Origin: a virus
DNA length: 64,000 nucleotides
Virus record (IMG/VR): IMGVR_UViG_3300047548_001136
Location: 11,234-75,233 of that record
Strand: one strand, 5' to 3'
Shown: positions 37,453-47,167 of the stretch, piece after piece
Layout of the letters: every line of letters begins with the position of its first letter
Position numbering within the stretch: the stretch's first letter is position 1
Position numbers and translations under genes: made by a program
Notes under the pieces: generated by a model
Databases searched by the model: none
Seen by the model: the letters and a program-made list of their open reading frames with translations, nothing else
What the model was told of the DNA's origin: nothing

Positions 37453-38130
37453 ATGATTACACTAATTGGGGCTGGTTGCAGTTTTACGTTAGGGTCAGAG
37501 TTAGCTGACGATAACGACTCTAAAAGTCCAAGTAATTACACTTGGGCTGCTTTACTCGCAAAAAAGTTTAATATGAATTATCATTGCGTTGCTAAGCCAG
37601 GTATTAGTAACCAAACTATCGCCAGGACTCTTTTTGATACTATAGTTGAAAAACAACATCAAGAGTTAGCTGTTGCTGTAATGTGGTCTTTTACAAATAG
37701 ATACGAAATATTTTCTAATAATGATTGGTTAACAGTAAGTAGTCAAACACGTAATATCGAACCAAAAGTTAATACATGGTATGAGATTTGTGGCGATAGC
37801 GAAGTATATGAAATATATACTAGTTTAACTAGTTACTTGATGATCCAAGAATTGCTTGAGCGTAAAAATATCCCATACATGTTTACAAGTGCAGATGTTT
37901 GTATTTTCAATCGTTATTTTTATAAGCATCCTACTACAAGTATTCGTAGTTTACAAACTGAAATTAATTGGGATAAATGGGTTTGGATTGGAAAAAATAA
38001 AGAAGGTTTCTTTACATGGGGTAGTCGTTATCCTGCAGGTCCTTATCTACATCCATTAGAAGAAGCCCATGAAGAATTAGCTAATATGTTATTGCCATCT
38101 GCAAAAAAATTGTTAAGGCTTGCGGACTAG
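37453..38130 (+). CDS. SGNH/GDSL-hydrolase-like protein
   Basis: GCSFTLG, AKPG.SN, HP.EEAH. Confidence 0.6.
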   Translation: MITLIGAGCSFTLGSELADDNDSKSPSNYTWAALLAKKFNMNYHCVAKPGISNQTIARTLFDTIVEKQHQELAVAVMWSFTNRYEIFSNNDWLTVSSQTRNIEPKVNTWYEICGDSEVYEIYTSLTSYLMIQELLERKNIPYMFTSADVCIFNRYFYKHPTTSIRSLQTEINWDKWVWIGKNKEGFFTWGSRYPAGPYLHPLEEAHEELANMLLPSAKKLLRLAD

Positions 38131-38484
38131 TTGTATCATTTTACGTTTAGTTCGTTTACCAGCTATTTCGTGTAAACGGACGGCATGTCCCGCAACTATT
38201 TCACATTCTTTTGTTATTAACGTTTTAGCACAATATCTAAATTGTACCCAATCTTCTTTTAAGAAAACATTAATAGGAATCATACGATTTGATTCCCACC
38301 ACCATTGATTTGCTAACTCAAGAAAAAGCTTTTTATGGTCATCTGTTTTTAATGTATTGTAATCATATATTGTAGTTACGTCAACGTCTTGGTTCTGAAC
38401 GATGCAAACATATTCAATATCAGAATAACGGATAATAGCGAAAAAAGGATATTTTTCTAATAATTGTTGTAAAGCTTCTTCCAT
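38113..38484 (-). CDS. hypothetical protein
   Basis: LLEKYPFF..WWWESNRMIPINVFL; divergent from primase. Confidence 0.7.
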   Translation of the reverse strand: MEEALQQLLEKYPFFAIIRYSDIEYVCIVQNQDVDVTTIYDYNTLKTDDHKKLFLELANQWWWESNRMIPINVFLKEDWVQFRYCAKTLITKECEIVAGHAVRLHEIAGKRTKRKMIQLVRKP

Positions 38485-38522
38485 TCCAATTTTACTTAGC
38501 ATCAATAATACCATACTGTTAA

Positions 38523-38551
38523 TTGACTAGACGTTAACTAACTACTATATT
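38523..38551 (+). promoter_or_regulatory. sigma70-like promoter for primase operon
   Basis: TTGACT-N17-TATATT. Confidence 0.55.
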
Positions 38552-38559
38552 AAGTTGTT

Positions 38560-39540
38560 ATGAATTCTATTCAAGATGCAATACGTTCTGTAATTCCACC
38601 TAAGCATAAAAATGCTACCAAGGGTTGGATAAGCTTTAATGCTCCTTGTTGCACCCATAATGGCGAAACTAAGGACATAAAAGGTCGCGGCGGTATGGTT
38701 TTTGAAGATGGTGGAGTAATCTATCATTGCTTTAATTGTGGGTTTAAGACTGGTTGGAGACCAGGGTTGCACTTCGGATTAAAGATCCGTAAACTTATGG
38801 AATGGATGGGTATGGACGAAGGCCTCATTATGAGGCTACAGTTCGACGCATTGCGTGACCTTGATGAGGAAGTTGTTTATCAAGAGCGTATTAAAGAAGC
38901 AATACACTTTGAACCACGCGATCTTCCAGAAAACACAGTTAGTTTAGCATCCGCACAAGAGCAGGATGCATTAGATGTTGCAAAGTATCTTGATAGCAGG
39001 GGCTTTGAATTGCACGACTTTGACTGGATGTGGAGTCCCGCAGAAGGATACAACAGGCGCCTTATAATCCCATACACTTGGGAAAATAAAGTTGTAGGTT
39101 ATACTGCTCGTAGTATTGATTACAACGGCAGCAAAGGCAAATATATTCAACACGTTGGTAGTGATTACGTGTTTGGTATGGATCAACAAAAGCGTGATAG
39201 TAAGTTTGCACTGTTAAGCGAAGGTCCACTTGATGCAATTTCACTTGGCGGACTTGCAGTACTAACTAATGAAGTCAATGACCGCAAAGCCGAGATAATC
39301 GATACACTGGGACGAGAAATTATCGTTGTACCGGACAGAGACAAAGCAGGCAAGCAATTAGTTAATGCTGCACTTAAGTATGGATGGAGCGTTGCTTTTC
39401 CAGACTGGCAAGATGACATTAAGGATATTGCGGATGCTTGTTTACGCTATGGTAGACTTTACACGTTAAGATCAATATTATGTAGTAAGCAGTCTAATAA
39501 ATTAAAGATAGAGTTATTAAGGAAGCGATATGGAATCTAA
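38560..39540 (+). CDS. DNA primase (gp61-like)
   Basis: Zn-binding PCC...YHCFNCG; TOPRIM EGPLDA, PDRD.AG, KD.AD. Confidence 0.9.
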   Translation: MNSIQDAIRSVIPPKHKNATKGWISFNAPCCTHNGETKDIKGRGGMVFEDGGVIYHCFNCGFKTGWRPGLHFGLKIRKLMEWMGMDEGLIMRLQFDALRDLDEEVVYQERIKEAIHFEPRDLPENTVSLASAQEQDALDVAKYLDSRGFELHDFDWMWSPAEGYNRRLIIPYTWENKVVGYTARSIDYNGSKGKYIQHVGSDYVFGMDQQKRDSKFALLSEGPLDAISLGGLAVLTNEVNDRKAEIIDTLGREIIVVPDRDKAGKQLVNAALKYGWSVAFPDWQDDIKDIADACLRYGRLYTLRSILCSKQSNKLKIELLRKRYGI

Positions 39541-40420
39541 ATTTCCTTTAGATTTTAGTAATTTTGAATTAGAGATTACTAACAGATGTAATCTAGCTTG
39601 TCCAAGGTGTGCAAGAACAGACTTTATTGAAAAGTTTCCTAAAGCATGGCTTAACCACGATTTAAGCTTAGATCATTTTAAAATTTTTATTGCTCCAGTA
39701 CTAGATCAAATAGAAATATTTGAATTTAAAGGAACGATGGGCGACCCAATATTTCATCCTGAATTCATTGAATGGATTAAATGGGCAAAAGGTCAAAATA
39801 AAAAAGTATACATTCATACCAACGGACAAAGCGGCACAACTCTTTGGAAAAAGCTTGCATGGTTATTAGATAAAAATGATAAGGTAGTTGTTGGTATTGA
39901 CGGCACGCCTGAAAATTTTATGACATATAGAGTGAATGCAAGATGGAAAAACATTGTTGAATGTGCAACTGCTTTAAAAGATTCGACTACGTTAATATGG
40001 CAATTTATAGTTTTTAATTACAATCAAAATGATATTCAGGAAGCACGTAAGTTAAGTAAAGAATTAAGCTTCGATGAGTTTTTTATTTTACATAGCGATC
40101 GTTGGGTTGATGAAAATGATTGGTTAAAGCCAACAGAAAATTCTAAAGAACGTCCCAATGATAAGCAAGATATTGATCCTTTGTGTATTAAAAAACCAAT
40201 GCATATTGTAACTGCTGATGGTTATTATATGCCGTGTTGTATGTTAATTGATCATCGATTTAGATACAAAACCCCGTGGTCGAAGACATTTGATATACAT
40301 CAAGTAACCATAAACGATGTAATAAAATCTAGCATAGCAAAGGATTTCTTTGCTAAACTAACTAGTGAGTCTGCACCTAACTATTGCAGATTTAATTGCG
40401 GAAAGTGTAATGGAATCTAA
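39530..40420 (+). CDS. radical SAM protein with C-terminal Cys cluster
   Basis: CNLACPRC (CxxxCxxC), GDP, HTNG, IDG, PCC..CRFNC. Confidence 0.9.
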   Translation: MESKFPLDFSNFELEITNRCNLACPRCARTDFIEKFPKAWLNHDLSLDHFKIFIAPVLDQIEIFEFKGTMGDPIFHPEFIEWIKWAKGQNKKVYIHTNGQSGTTLWKKLAWLLDKNDKVVVGIDGTPENFMTYRVNARWKNIVECATALKDSTTLIWQFIVFNYNQNDIQEARKLSKELSFDEFFILHSDRWVDENDWLKPTENSKERPNDKQDIDPLCIKKPMHIVTADGYYMPCCMLIDHRFRYKTPWSKTFDIHQVTINDVIKSSIAKDFFAKLTSESAPNYCRFNCGKCNGI

Positions 40421-41795
40421 GTATTCGGTAGATCTACAAAAACTATTTTTAGAAATAATGCTCGCAGATGCACAGTCGTTTGTGCGTGTACAAAACATTT
40501 ATGATCCCGTTAACTTTGATAAGAGTTTGCGATCAGCAGCAACTTTCTTACAGGACTATAGTAAGAAATATAATTCATTACCGACAAACGAACAAGTTAA
40601 GGCTGGAGCAGGTGTTAGCCTACAAAAGCTCGATGCTGTTGATGACAGCATGATTGATTGGTTTATGGATGAGTTTGAATCATTCACACGTCATGAAACA
40701 CTGCTACGTGTAATTCTCAAAAGTGCTGATCTCATTGAAAAAGGTGAGTATGACCCAATTGAAAAACTAGTTAAGGATGCAGTACAAATCTCACTAACAA
40801 GAGATTTAGGTACTGATTATTTTGATGATCCGCGATCACGTTTGATGAAGTTAAAGTCCAACAACGGACAAATGTCTACTGGGTGGCCAACGCTTGATAA
40901 CAAACTATATGGTGGTTTTAATAGAGGCGAACTTGAAATCTTTGCAGGCGGTTCAGGTGCAGGTAAGTCGCTGTTTATGCAGAACTTGGCACTTAACTGG
41001 CTTATGAATGGACTTGATGGTGTATACATTACACTAGAACTTAGCGAGGAACTTTGTTCTATGCGTATTGACAGTATGCTTACAGGTGTAACAAGCAAAG
41101 AGATCTTCAAAGAAATTGATACAGTTGAAATGAAGATTAAAATGGTTGGTAAGAAGGCAGGCAACTTGCGTATCAAATACATGCCAGCACAAAGCAACGT
41201 AAATGATATACGTGCTTACTTAAAAGAACTGCAAGTTCAAACTGGTCGTAAGATTAGTTACTTGTGTGTAGACTATCTCGATCTTCTAATGCCAGTTAGC
41301 GCAAAAGTAAGTCCAAGCGATCTATTCGTAAAAGACAAATACGTATCAGAAGAGTTGCGTAACTTAGCTCGCGAACTTGATATGGTACTTGTAACAGCAT
41401 CGCAGTTAAACAGAGGTGCAGTTGAAGAAGTTGAGTTTGATCACAGTCACATCTCAGGGGGTATTTCTAAGATCAATACAGCAGACAACGTATTTGGTAT
41501 TTTTACAAGCCGCAGCATGAAGGAACAAGGGCGTTATCAACTACAGTTAATGAAAACACGTAGTTCCAGCGGTGTTGGACAAAAAGTTGAACTTGAGTTT
41601 GATGTAAACACATTGCGTATTATTGATACCGGTGAAGATATTCAAAGTAACTTCAAAAAGCCAAGTTCTAACATTATGGATAGCATTAAAAATAAGACAA
41701 ATGTTACTCCAAGTGAAGTAACAGATACACCAAAAGTAACTGCGGAAGTGCAAAGTGCTAAGTTAAAGCAGATGCTTGCTAACTTGAAAAAGTAA
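40410..41795 (+). CDS. replicative helicase (DnaB/gp41-like)
   Basis: GGSGAGKS, ITLELSE, VDYLDL, TASQLNR, KTR; ATG at 40410. Confidence 0.92.
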   Translation: MESKYSVDLQKLFLEIMLADAQSFVRVQNIYDPVNFDKSLRSAATFLQDYSKKYNSLPTNEQVKAGAGVSLQKLDAVDDSMIDWFMDEFESFTRHETLLRVILKSADLIEKGEYDPIEKLVKDAVQISLTRDLGTDYFDDPRSRLMKLKSNNGQMSTGWPTLDNKLYGGFNRGELEIFAGGSGAGKSLFMQNLALNWLMNGLDGVYITLELSEELCSMRIDSMLTGVTSKEIFKEIDTVEMKIKMVGKKAGNLRIKYMPAQSNVNDIRAYLKELQVQTGRKISYLCVDYLDLLMPVSAKVSPSDLFVKDKYVSEELRNLARELDMVLVTASQLNRGAVEEVEFDHSHISGGISKINTADNVFGIFTSRSMKEQGRYQLQLMKTRSSSGVGQKVELEFDVNTLRIIDTGEDIQSNFKKPSSNIMDSIKNKTNVTPSEVTDTPKVTAEVQSAKLKQMLANLKK

Positions 41796-41817
41796 AAAAT
41801 CAAATAAATAATTTATT

Positions 41818-42069
41818 ATGAAACGTAGAACTCGTAGCATACTTGATGAAATTACTAATATTGTCCCAGATCATGATCGTAGCAGTATTATTGAAAGCCG
41901 TGCCTTACACATTATTACAAGTGCTGTAAATTTAATTAATTTAATTCGTGAAACGTATGATCCTGAAACAGCAGGCGAATTAGAGCGTAGGCTTTTAAAC
42001 AGCATTAGGGGACAAGATTCAAGTAAATTTATGCGCGGTATACGAAGGACTGACCGCAATGAAGATTAA
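41818..42069 (+). CDS. small hypothetical protein
   Basis: TAAATA at 41805; 83-aa helical ORF. Confidence 0.7.
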   Translation: MKRRTRSILDEITNIVPDHDRSSIIESRALHIITSAVNLINLIRETYDPETAGELERRLLNSIRGQDSSKFMRGIRRTDRNED

Positions 42070-42655
42070 TGAATTACTTGAAAATCAACCAATCGAAGAA
42101 ATATTTGGTATTAGTCAACTCGAACAAATTGTTTTAAAAGCATCAAAACAATGGGATGAAGTGGCTAAAAAATTAATACAAGTGCAACCAGATACTGCAC
42201 AAGATCCAGATAAGTATGCCCTTGCTTTCATACAGTATCTAGCAAAGTTAGTCAAGGCACGTAATCTTTCAGATCCAATATTAAGCGGAGCAATGCGTCA
42301 ATTTTTCAAAACTGCTGGTGGATCAAGTGTAAAGAGTAGATATAATTTACCATACAGTATGCCACCTGGTAAAATGCCATCTAGTCAGGCAATTACTGCT
42401 GCAATCAAAGTTGCTTACACTGCATACCAAGCTGAAAGAAATGCACAGTTGCAACAGCAACAACAAACTGCTCAGCAACCTCCTCAATCTGCCCCAATTG
42501 CACCAGGTACACAAGCAACATTAAATGGTAATAAATTTACTTGGCTTGGGGCACAATGGAAAAATAACAAAACAGGTCGTATGGCAACTAAAGCTCAAGG
42601 CGCCGCGCTAACTGCGTCTATAAGACCTACTACTAATGCAGGTACAACACCATGA
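42059..42655 (+). CDS. putative internal head protein
   Basis: MKINELLE leader; WLGAQW module. Confidence 0.55.
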   Translation: MKINELLENQPIEEIFGISQLEQIVLKASKQWDEVAKKLIQVQPDTAQDPDKYALAFIQYLAKLVKARNLSDPILSGAMRQFFKTAGGSSVKSRYNLPYSMPPGKMPSSQAITAAIKVAYTAYQAERNAQLQQQQQTAQQPPQSAPIAPGTQATLNGNKFTWLGAQWKNNKTGRMATKAQGAALTASIRPTTNAGTTP

Positions 42656-43338
42656 GCTTTGAATTTGTAAAAGAATTAAGTGAAGCAAAACTTTTTCGTA
42701 ATCCCACTAGGCTTGCAAATACAAGTGTAAGCGAAATTGCTGATAATTTCTTTAACGCAATTTTAAGTCTGCACGTTATGAAAAAGACAGATCCAGAAGC
42801 AGCAAGGAAGTACGCACAGCAAACACTTGCTTACGGCAATTTAAATGGATGGAGAAGTTCCGGCAGTGATCTCCATAATATGGCTCATACGCTAATAAAC
42901 AATAGACGTTACTCAGATAAAATTGAAATTGATCGTTTAGTTTCTATCCCAGAATTGCAGTATAAAACTTATTTAAAAAACGTAGCAAACGGAAAAAATG
43001 ATCGAGATTTTGATCGTAATTTTCTTTTAACATTGCAGCAACGCCTAGGAATTAGCAGTCCTGGATTAAAGTCTGCACGTCGTTTGATTGCAGATTGGGA
43101 TCGTGCTTTGCCAGAAGAACAACAGCTGGCAGCGACTAGAGTTTATATGGGTATACAAAAAGACCTTCAACAAAGCGATCTTTATAACCCGTATTCACGT
43201 ACAGTAAAACGTAATAAATTACTTGCTAGAAATGCAGAAATGCCAAAGAGCGTTAAAACTGGTACACCGCTTTGGGCTAAGATGGCTATTGCAGGCGTTG
43301 CAGGATACGCAATTGGTAAAAAAATAGCTGAATTATAA
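42652..43338 (+). CDS. putative virion protein
   Basis: MSFEFVKELSEA leader; hydrophobic AGVAGYAIG C-terminus. Confidence 0.55.
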   Translation: MSFEFVKELSEAKLFRNPTRLANTSVSEIADNFFNAILSLHVMKKTDPEAARKYAQQTLAYGNLNGWRSSGSDLHNMAHTLINNRRYSDKIEIDRLVSIPELQYKTYLKNVANGKNDRDFDRNFLLTLQQRLGISSPGLKSARRLIADWDRALPEEQQLAATRVYMGIQKDLQQSDLYNPYSRTVKRNKLLARNAEMPKSVKTGTPLWAKMAIAGVAGYAIGKKIAEL

Positions 43339-43409
43339 TTAATTTTTTAATTCAAATGCTAAATAATTACAGCGCACAAAGCGCAGAAACTTAGATAAGG
43401 AAAAATAAA

Positions 43410-43793
43410 ATGGCCGGTGTAGTAAAAGTAAATGGCGATATGGGTGTAGCTGGTGCTGCACAGTTCTTTGGTGGTTCAAAGATTGCTTTCTTTGGAATGA
43501 TCGTAAAGAACGGTTCTGGTACAGCAGTTGACATGAGCGGTGAAGGCGGTGTAAACGAAGCATGGGAAGCAGTATACAAGGCTCTCTCACTAAAGGGTAC
43601 TCCAGTACTATTCCAGTACGAGAGTGGTGCTTCAGGCGTTGCAAGCTGGGGAATTGAGCAGAACGGTGCTGGTTGGACTGCTGCTGACATGCAGACAGCT
43701 ATCCGCGCTCTAGGTACAGCAGTAGGTGCTAACAGCGTAGACGTTTCTGGTACAACTGTAACAGACGTAGGCTTCAAGCTAGCTGCTGCCTAA
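43410..43793 (+). CDS. highly expressed small structural protein (head decoration-like)
   Basis: Late promoter 43360, AAGGA RBS, strong codon bias, followed by terminator. Confidence 0.55.
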   Translation: MAGVVKVNGDMGVAGAAQFFGGSKIAFFGMIVKNGSGTAVDMSGEGGVNEAWEAVYKALSLKGTPVLFQYESGASGVASWGIEQNGAGWTAADMQTAIRALGTAVGANSVDVSGTTVTDVGFKLAAA

Positions 43794-43813
43794 TAGCAGA
43801 TAAATAAACTAAG

Positions 43814-43844
43814 AAAGCTGCATAACTATTATGCAGCTTTTTTT
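43814..43844 (+). terminator. rho-independent terminator
   Basis: AAAGCTGCATAA-CTA-TTATGCAGCTTT-TTTT. Confidence 0.85.
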
Positions 43845-44282
43845 ATGACTAATATGCATTTACAATCTCAATGGCGTGATCCACGCATTCAACCATACAC
43901 ATTAAGCAAGTTAACTCCTATGGACTTGCATACAGATCAACGTTGGAAAACACGTGATCTTCCACGAATAGAACAAGATGGTTTATGGTATCCTATCATG
44001 TTGTATAAAATTTCTCCTTACTGGTGGCATAATATGTACTGTCGATGGAAACCCAAAGAATACGAACATACTCGTCCAATCATAAACGAAGATGGCATGA
44101 TATGGGCAGTGAAAATGGGCAGTAATCGATACCAATGTGCAGTTTATTTAGGATACAATACAATAGATGCTATTATGTTTAATAATAGCGATGATTGTGT
44201 TAAGTTAGCTGTATGGCACAGGGAATGTGATCCGTTAAATAATAAAAACGCTTCACCATATACTGGTGCATATGGATACTGA
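43845..44282 (+). CDS. ParB/Srx-like domain protein
   Basis: IEQDGLWYPI...GSNRYQCA..LGY..IDA. Confidence 0.45.
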   Translation: MTNMHLQSQWRDPRIQPYTLSKLTPMDLHTDQRWKTRDLPRIEQDGLWYPIMLYKISPYWWHNMYCRWKPKEYEHTRPIINEDGMIWAVKMGSNRYQCAVYLGYNTIDAIMFNNSDDCVKLAVWHRECDPLNNKNASPYTGAYGY

Positions 44283-44284
44283 AA

Positions 44285-44695
44285 ATGTTACACAGGTATA
44301 TTCTTTTTACCACAGTTGATATCACACAAACTAATGTAAAAATTAAATCAAATATTGATGATTGGGGTTTGCAGCGCAATCAACAAAGGAATTTAGATAC
44401 AGTAGTACAAACACTTGGATTGCGTAGTCAACCTATTAACATCCATGTAACTCAATTTTTTCGTAATCCACGTTTATTTGATTTAGGTTCAAATTTACCA
44501 GAAGAGTGTAACATATGGCAAATGGAATTTGATATTGAGCACGAAGATGCATTTGGTGAAAACTGCGAAGTTGCACTAAAAGATTTAAATTATGTACCCT
44601 TAATTAACGGATTGACAGAAACACAACCTGCTTTCCCCCCTGTTTTTCAAACAACTGGGACCTTCAAAAACATAAACATTATTTCTTTGCCCTAA
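44285..44695 (+). CDS. hypothetical protein
   Basis: TTVDIT..RNQQRN..TVVQTLGLRSQP. Confidence 0.7.
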   Translation: MLHRYILFTTVDITQTNVKIKSNIDDWGLQRNQQRNLDTVVQTLGLRSQPINIHVTQFFRNPRLFDLGSNLPEECNIWQMEFDIEHEDAFGENCEVALKDLNYVPLINGLTETQPAFPPVFQTTGTFKNINIISLP

Positions 44696-44697
44696 TT

Positions 44698-44757
44698 TAT
44701 AAATATTCTTGTGTAGAGATACACATTAGGCACAAATTAGGCATAACTTAGGCACCC
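44698..44757 (+). repeat. late promoter, GNRA hairpin and 3x TTAGGCA repeat (11-nt period)
   Basis: TATAAATA; TGTGTA-GAGA-TACACA; TTAGGCACAAA TTAGGCATAAC TTAGGCACCC. Confidence 0.7.
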
Positions 44758-44782
44758 ATCGACTATTAATTAAAGGGTAAAG

Positions 44783-45076
44783 ATGTCCTTATCGATTGAA
44801 AAACAAAGCCTAGAAGCACACGTTGATTTGTGTGCAGAGAGGTATAAAGGATTGCAGGAAGATTTAGCAGCTATGTCTACCCGCATAGAAAAGCTAGAAG
44901 ATGGTATGACTAAACGTATGGATAAAATTGAGTCCAGCGTAACTGAAATTAAGGATATCTTGACTAAAAAAGAAACAAGTGCCCTTCGCAGTTTAATAAC
45001 TATTGGTCTTGCTATTATTGCTAGTTTGATAGGAACCGTTGGTGGTCTTGTTTGGTACGTTGTTACTCGTTCATGA
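44783..45076 (+). CDS. coiled-coil protein with C-terminal transmembrane helix
   Basis: LEAHVDLCAERY heptads, then LITIGLAIIASLIGTVGGLVWYVV. Confidence 0.7.
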   Translation: MSLSIEKQSLEAHVDLCAERYKGLQEDLAAMSTRIEKLEDGMTKRMDKIESSVTEIKDILTKKETSALRSLITIGLAIIASLIGTVGGLVWYVVTRS

Positions 45077-45300
45077 GTAAGCGTATATTAATAATGCCTG
45101 GAATAGGCATTTATGCATCCCAAGAGATGATAGATATTTTAGAATTAATTGAACTTAATGGCGGAGAAATCAAAGATGAACAAGTTTCTCCACCGCAAAA
45201 AAAGTTGCTAAAGCAACTTCTTGAGCGTAACTTAGTAGCTAGACGGAGAAAAAACAATGAAGTTAGCTACAGTGTTAGATCAAAAATCAATTGGAAATAA
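45073..45300 (+). CDS. small hypothetical protein (possible winged helix)
   Basis: ATGA-coupled; QLLERNLVARR. Confidence 0.6.
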   Translation: MSKRILIMPGIGIYASQEMIDILELIELNGGEIKDEQVSPPQKKLLKQLLERNLVARRRKNNEVSYSVRSKINWK

Positions 45301-45721
45301 ACTCAACTACGTTATTGAATCTACTATTCCGACCATTACTAATTTTCCAATCATTTCAAAAGGAAGTGATTGGGTTCGAGTAAATGATATTCTAATTACA
45401 CAAAAAAATGATCGTTATAAAGTAACTAGAAAAGGTATCTTTTTAGAAGAATTTTATAAGCGTTCATGGGCTGTAGCATATTCTGTGTCGCTATGTCAAA
45501 GCGACTATTCTGCCTGTGCTGTTCTTAAAGCAAATAATCATAGACTTGGAAAATATCTAGAAGAAATTGAACGTTATAGCTATCACTTAGAACACGCCCA
45601 AAACCGAGGAGATTATAGCAAAGAAAAAATTATTTCTGATCGTTTGAGCAGGACACTAGGGGAGTATGAGCTAATACTAGAAGAGGTATCTCCACTAATT
45701 AAAAGTCAAGTAGTTGTATAA
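45257..45721 (+). CDS. hypothetical protein
   Basis: 154-aa ORF in operon. Confidence 0.6.
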   Translation: MKLATVLDQKSIGNKLNYVIESTIPTITNFPIISKGSDWVRVNDILITQKNDRYKVTRKGIFLEEFYKRSWAVAYSVSLCQSDYSACAVLKANNHRLGKYLEEIERYSYHLEHAQNRGDYSKEKIISDRLSRTLGEYELILEEVSPLIKSQVVV

Positions 45722-45747
45722 ATAAGCAATATAGTAGGGATACCCAA

Positions 45748-46773
45748 ATGAAGCTTTCAGATATTGAAAAAACCAGCAGTATTGCAATGAATAATAAGAT
45801 GCGCGAAAAGCTAGGCTGGAGCCTAGATTTAAACGCTATGACTGTTAACTCAGCTATGGATATGATGGAAAGTATTGATCAAAAACTTTCCAAAGTTCGT
45901 GGTAGTCATAAGCTACACGAAAGTCAAAACAATCCAAATTACGTTGGTTTAATTATGGCTAAGCAAATACTAGAAAGTTATGTTGCTGAAGCCGAATTAA
46001 ATGTAAAAGATGATAAGAAGTCACCAAAGAAAGTTGAAGCTAAGGTAAAAGAAGGCAACAAGTTTAGCGGTGAATTAGCTAAAGCTAAGGCTTCTGGTAA
46101 AGAAGAGTTTGATGTTGACGGCAAGAAGTATAAAGTCAACGAAGCTAAGAAGAAAGTTGATGAAAAGGCTGTATCAAAAGCTCAGCAACAAGCTGCTGGT
46201 GCTGCTCTAGCAGCAAAGCGTGGCGAAGGCAAAGCTAAAGGCGCATCAAAAGAAATGATGGGCATGAGCGAAAAAGAACTTAAGAAGATTGCTGGCACAA
46301 AGCACGCTGGTCTTCCAAAGAAGAAGGTTTCAGAATCTCGTCTATTTGAAGATGAACTAGGCCAGGCACAGGCAATGCTTGCTGCAAAGGACATGGTTGA
46401 TTCAATGCAGGATATGATTGAAGAACTAAGCAAGATGCTTAACGAGCAACTTCCTCCACTAACTGATAGTATTCGCACTGCAATTGGTAGCGCAGAAGCT
46501 GATAGCTTTAAGGCAAGTGCTAGTTCAACACTTAGTTCATTGCTAACAACTGTACAGTCAAGCAGAGAAGCAATGGATCAAGCTGTTCGTTCTCTTAGCG
46601 GAGAAGGGGGAACTGTATCTGTTCCTGGCGCAGATGTAGGTGCTGATCTTGGTGCTCCAGATCTTGGTGGCGAAGAAGATCTTCCAGATCTTGGTGCTGA
46701 TGAAGAAGATGATTTTGCTGCAAGCGATGCTGCTGTAGGTGGCAACTTATCTCTTGGTCGTGAGAAGCGTTAA
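45748..46773 (+). CDS. putative prohead core/scaffolding protein
   Basis: TATAAATA at 45717; charged helical protein with repeated xxE(A/S/G) motifs and acidic tail. Confidence 0.55.
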   Translation: MKLSDIEKTSSIAMNNKMREKLGWSLDLNAMTVNSAMDMMESIDQKLSKVRGSHKLHESQNNPNYVGLIMAKQILESYVAEAELNVKDDKKSPKKVEAKVKEGNKFSGELAKAKASGKEEFDVDGKKYKVNEAKKKVDEKAVSKAQQQAAGAALAAKRGEGKAKGASKEMMGMSEKELKKIAGTKHAGLPKKKVSESRLFEDELGQAQAMLAAKDMVDSMQDMIEELSKMLNEQLPPLTDSIRTAIGSAEADSFKASASSTLSSLLTTVQSSREAMDQAVRSLSGEGGTVSVPGADVGADLGAPDLGGEEDLPDLGADEEDDFAASDAAVGGNLSLGREKR

Positions 46774-46778
46774 TTAAA

Positions 46779-47132
46779 ATGCGTTTGTTTGAGATCGCCA
46801 ATCAAAGAACTGATGGACCTGAACCAGTATTAATGGCTATCCTTAGTTACCTAAAAGGAAAAGGTGATCAAAGAGCGACCGGTGTACGTGTACCAATGTC
46901 CAGCATTGAAGCTTTAATGCAAAATGCTGGACAATCTATCACATATGCTGAATTAGAAAATTTAAGACAAAAAAATCAAACAATAGCTAACTTGATTAAA
47001 AGTATAAATCAGGATGAAGTTATTATTAACACACAAAATAATGATGAAGTTAGCGACAATCTAGAATATCAACCTGGTGATGAGCAAGACGTTGCTATGA
47101 TGGCTAAAAGAGCAGCAACACGTAACGATTAA
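46779..47132 (+). CDS. putative head-associated protein
   Basis: MRLFE leader; V..MAKRA C-terminus. Confidence 0.55.
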   Translation: MRLFEIANQRTDGPEPVLMAILSYLKGKGDQRATGVRVPMSSIEALMQNAGQSITYAELENLRQKNQTIANLIKSINQDEVIINTQNNDEVSDNLEYQPGDEQDVAMMAKRAATRND

Positions 47133-47167
47133 TTGCGTTATTAAAGTAAATTCATTAAAATTATTAA

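Noticed and set aside
44726-44757. CRISPR mini-array or telomere-like TTAGGC repeat
   Set aside because: Only three 7-nt units with 4-nt spacers and no cas genes; kept as a regulatory candidate instead.
46640-46702. Repeated GATCTTGGTG units
   Set aside because: Reflects a low-complexity DLG repeat in a protein tail.
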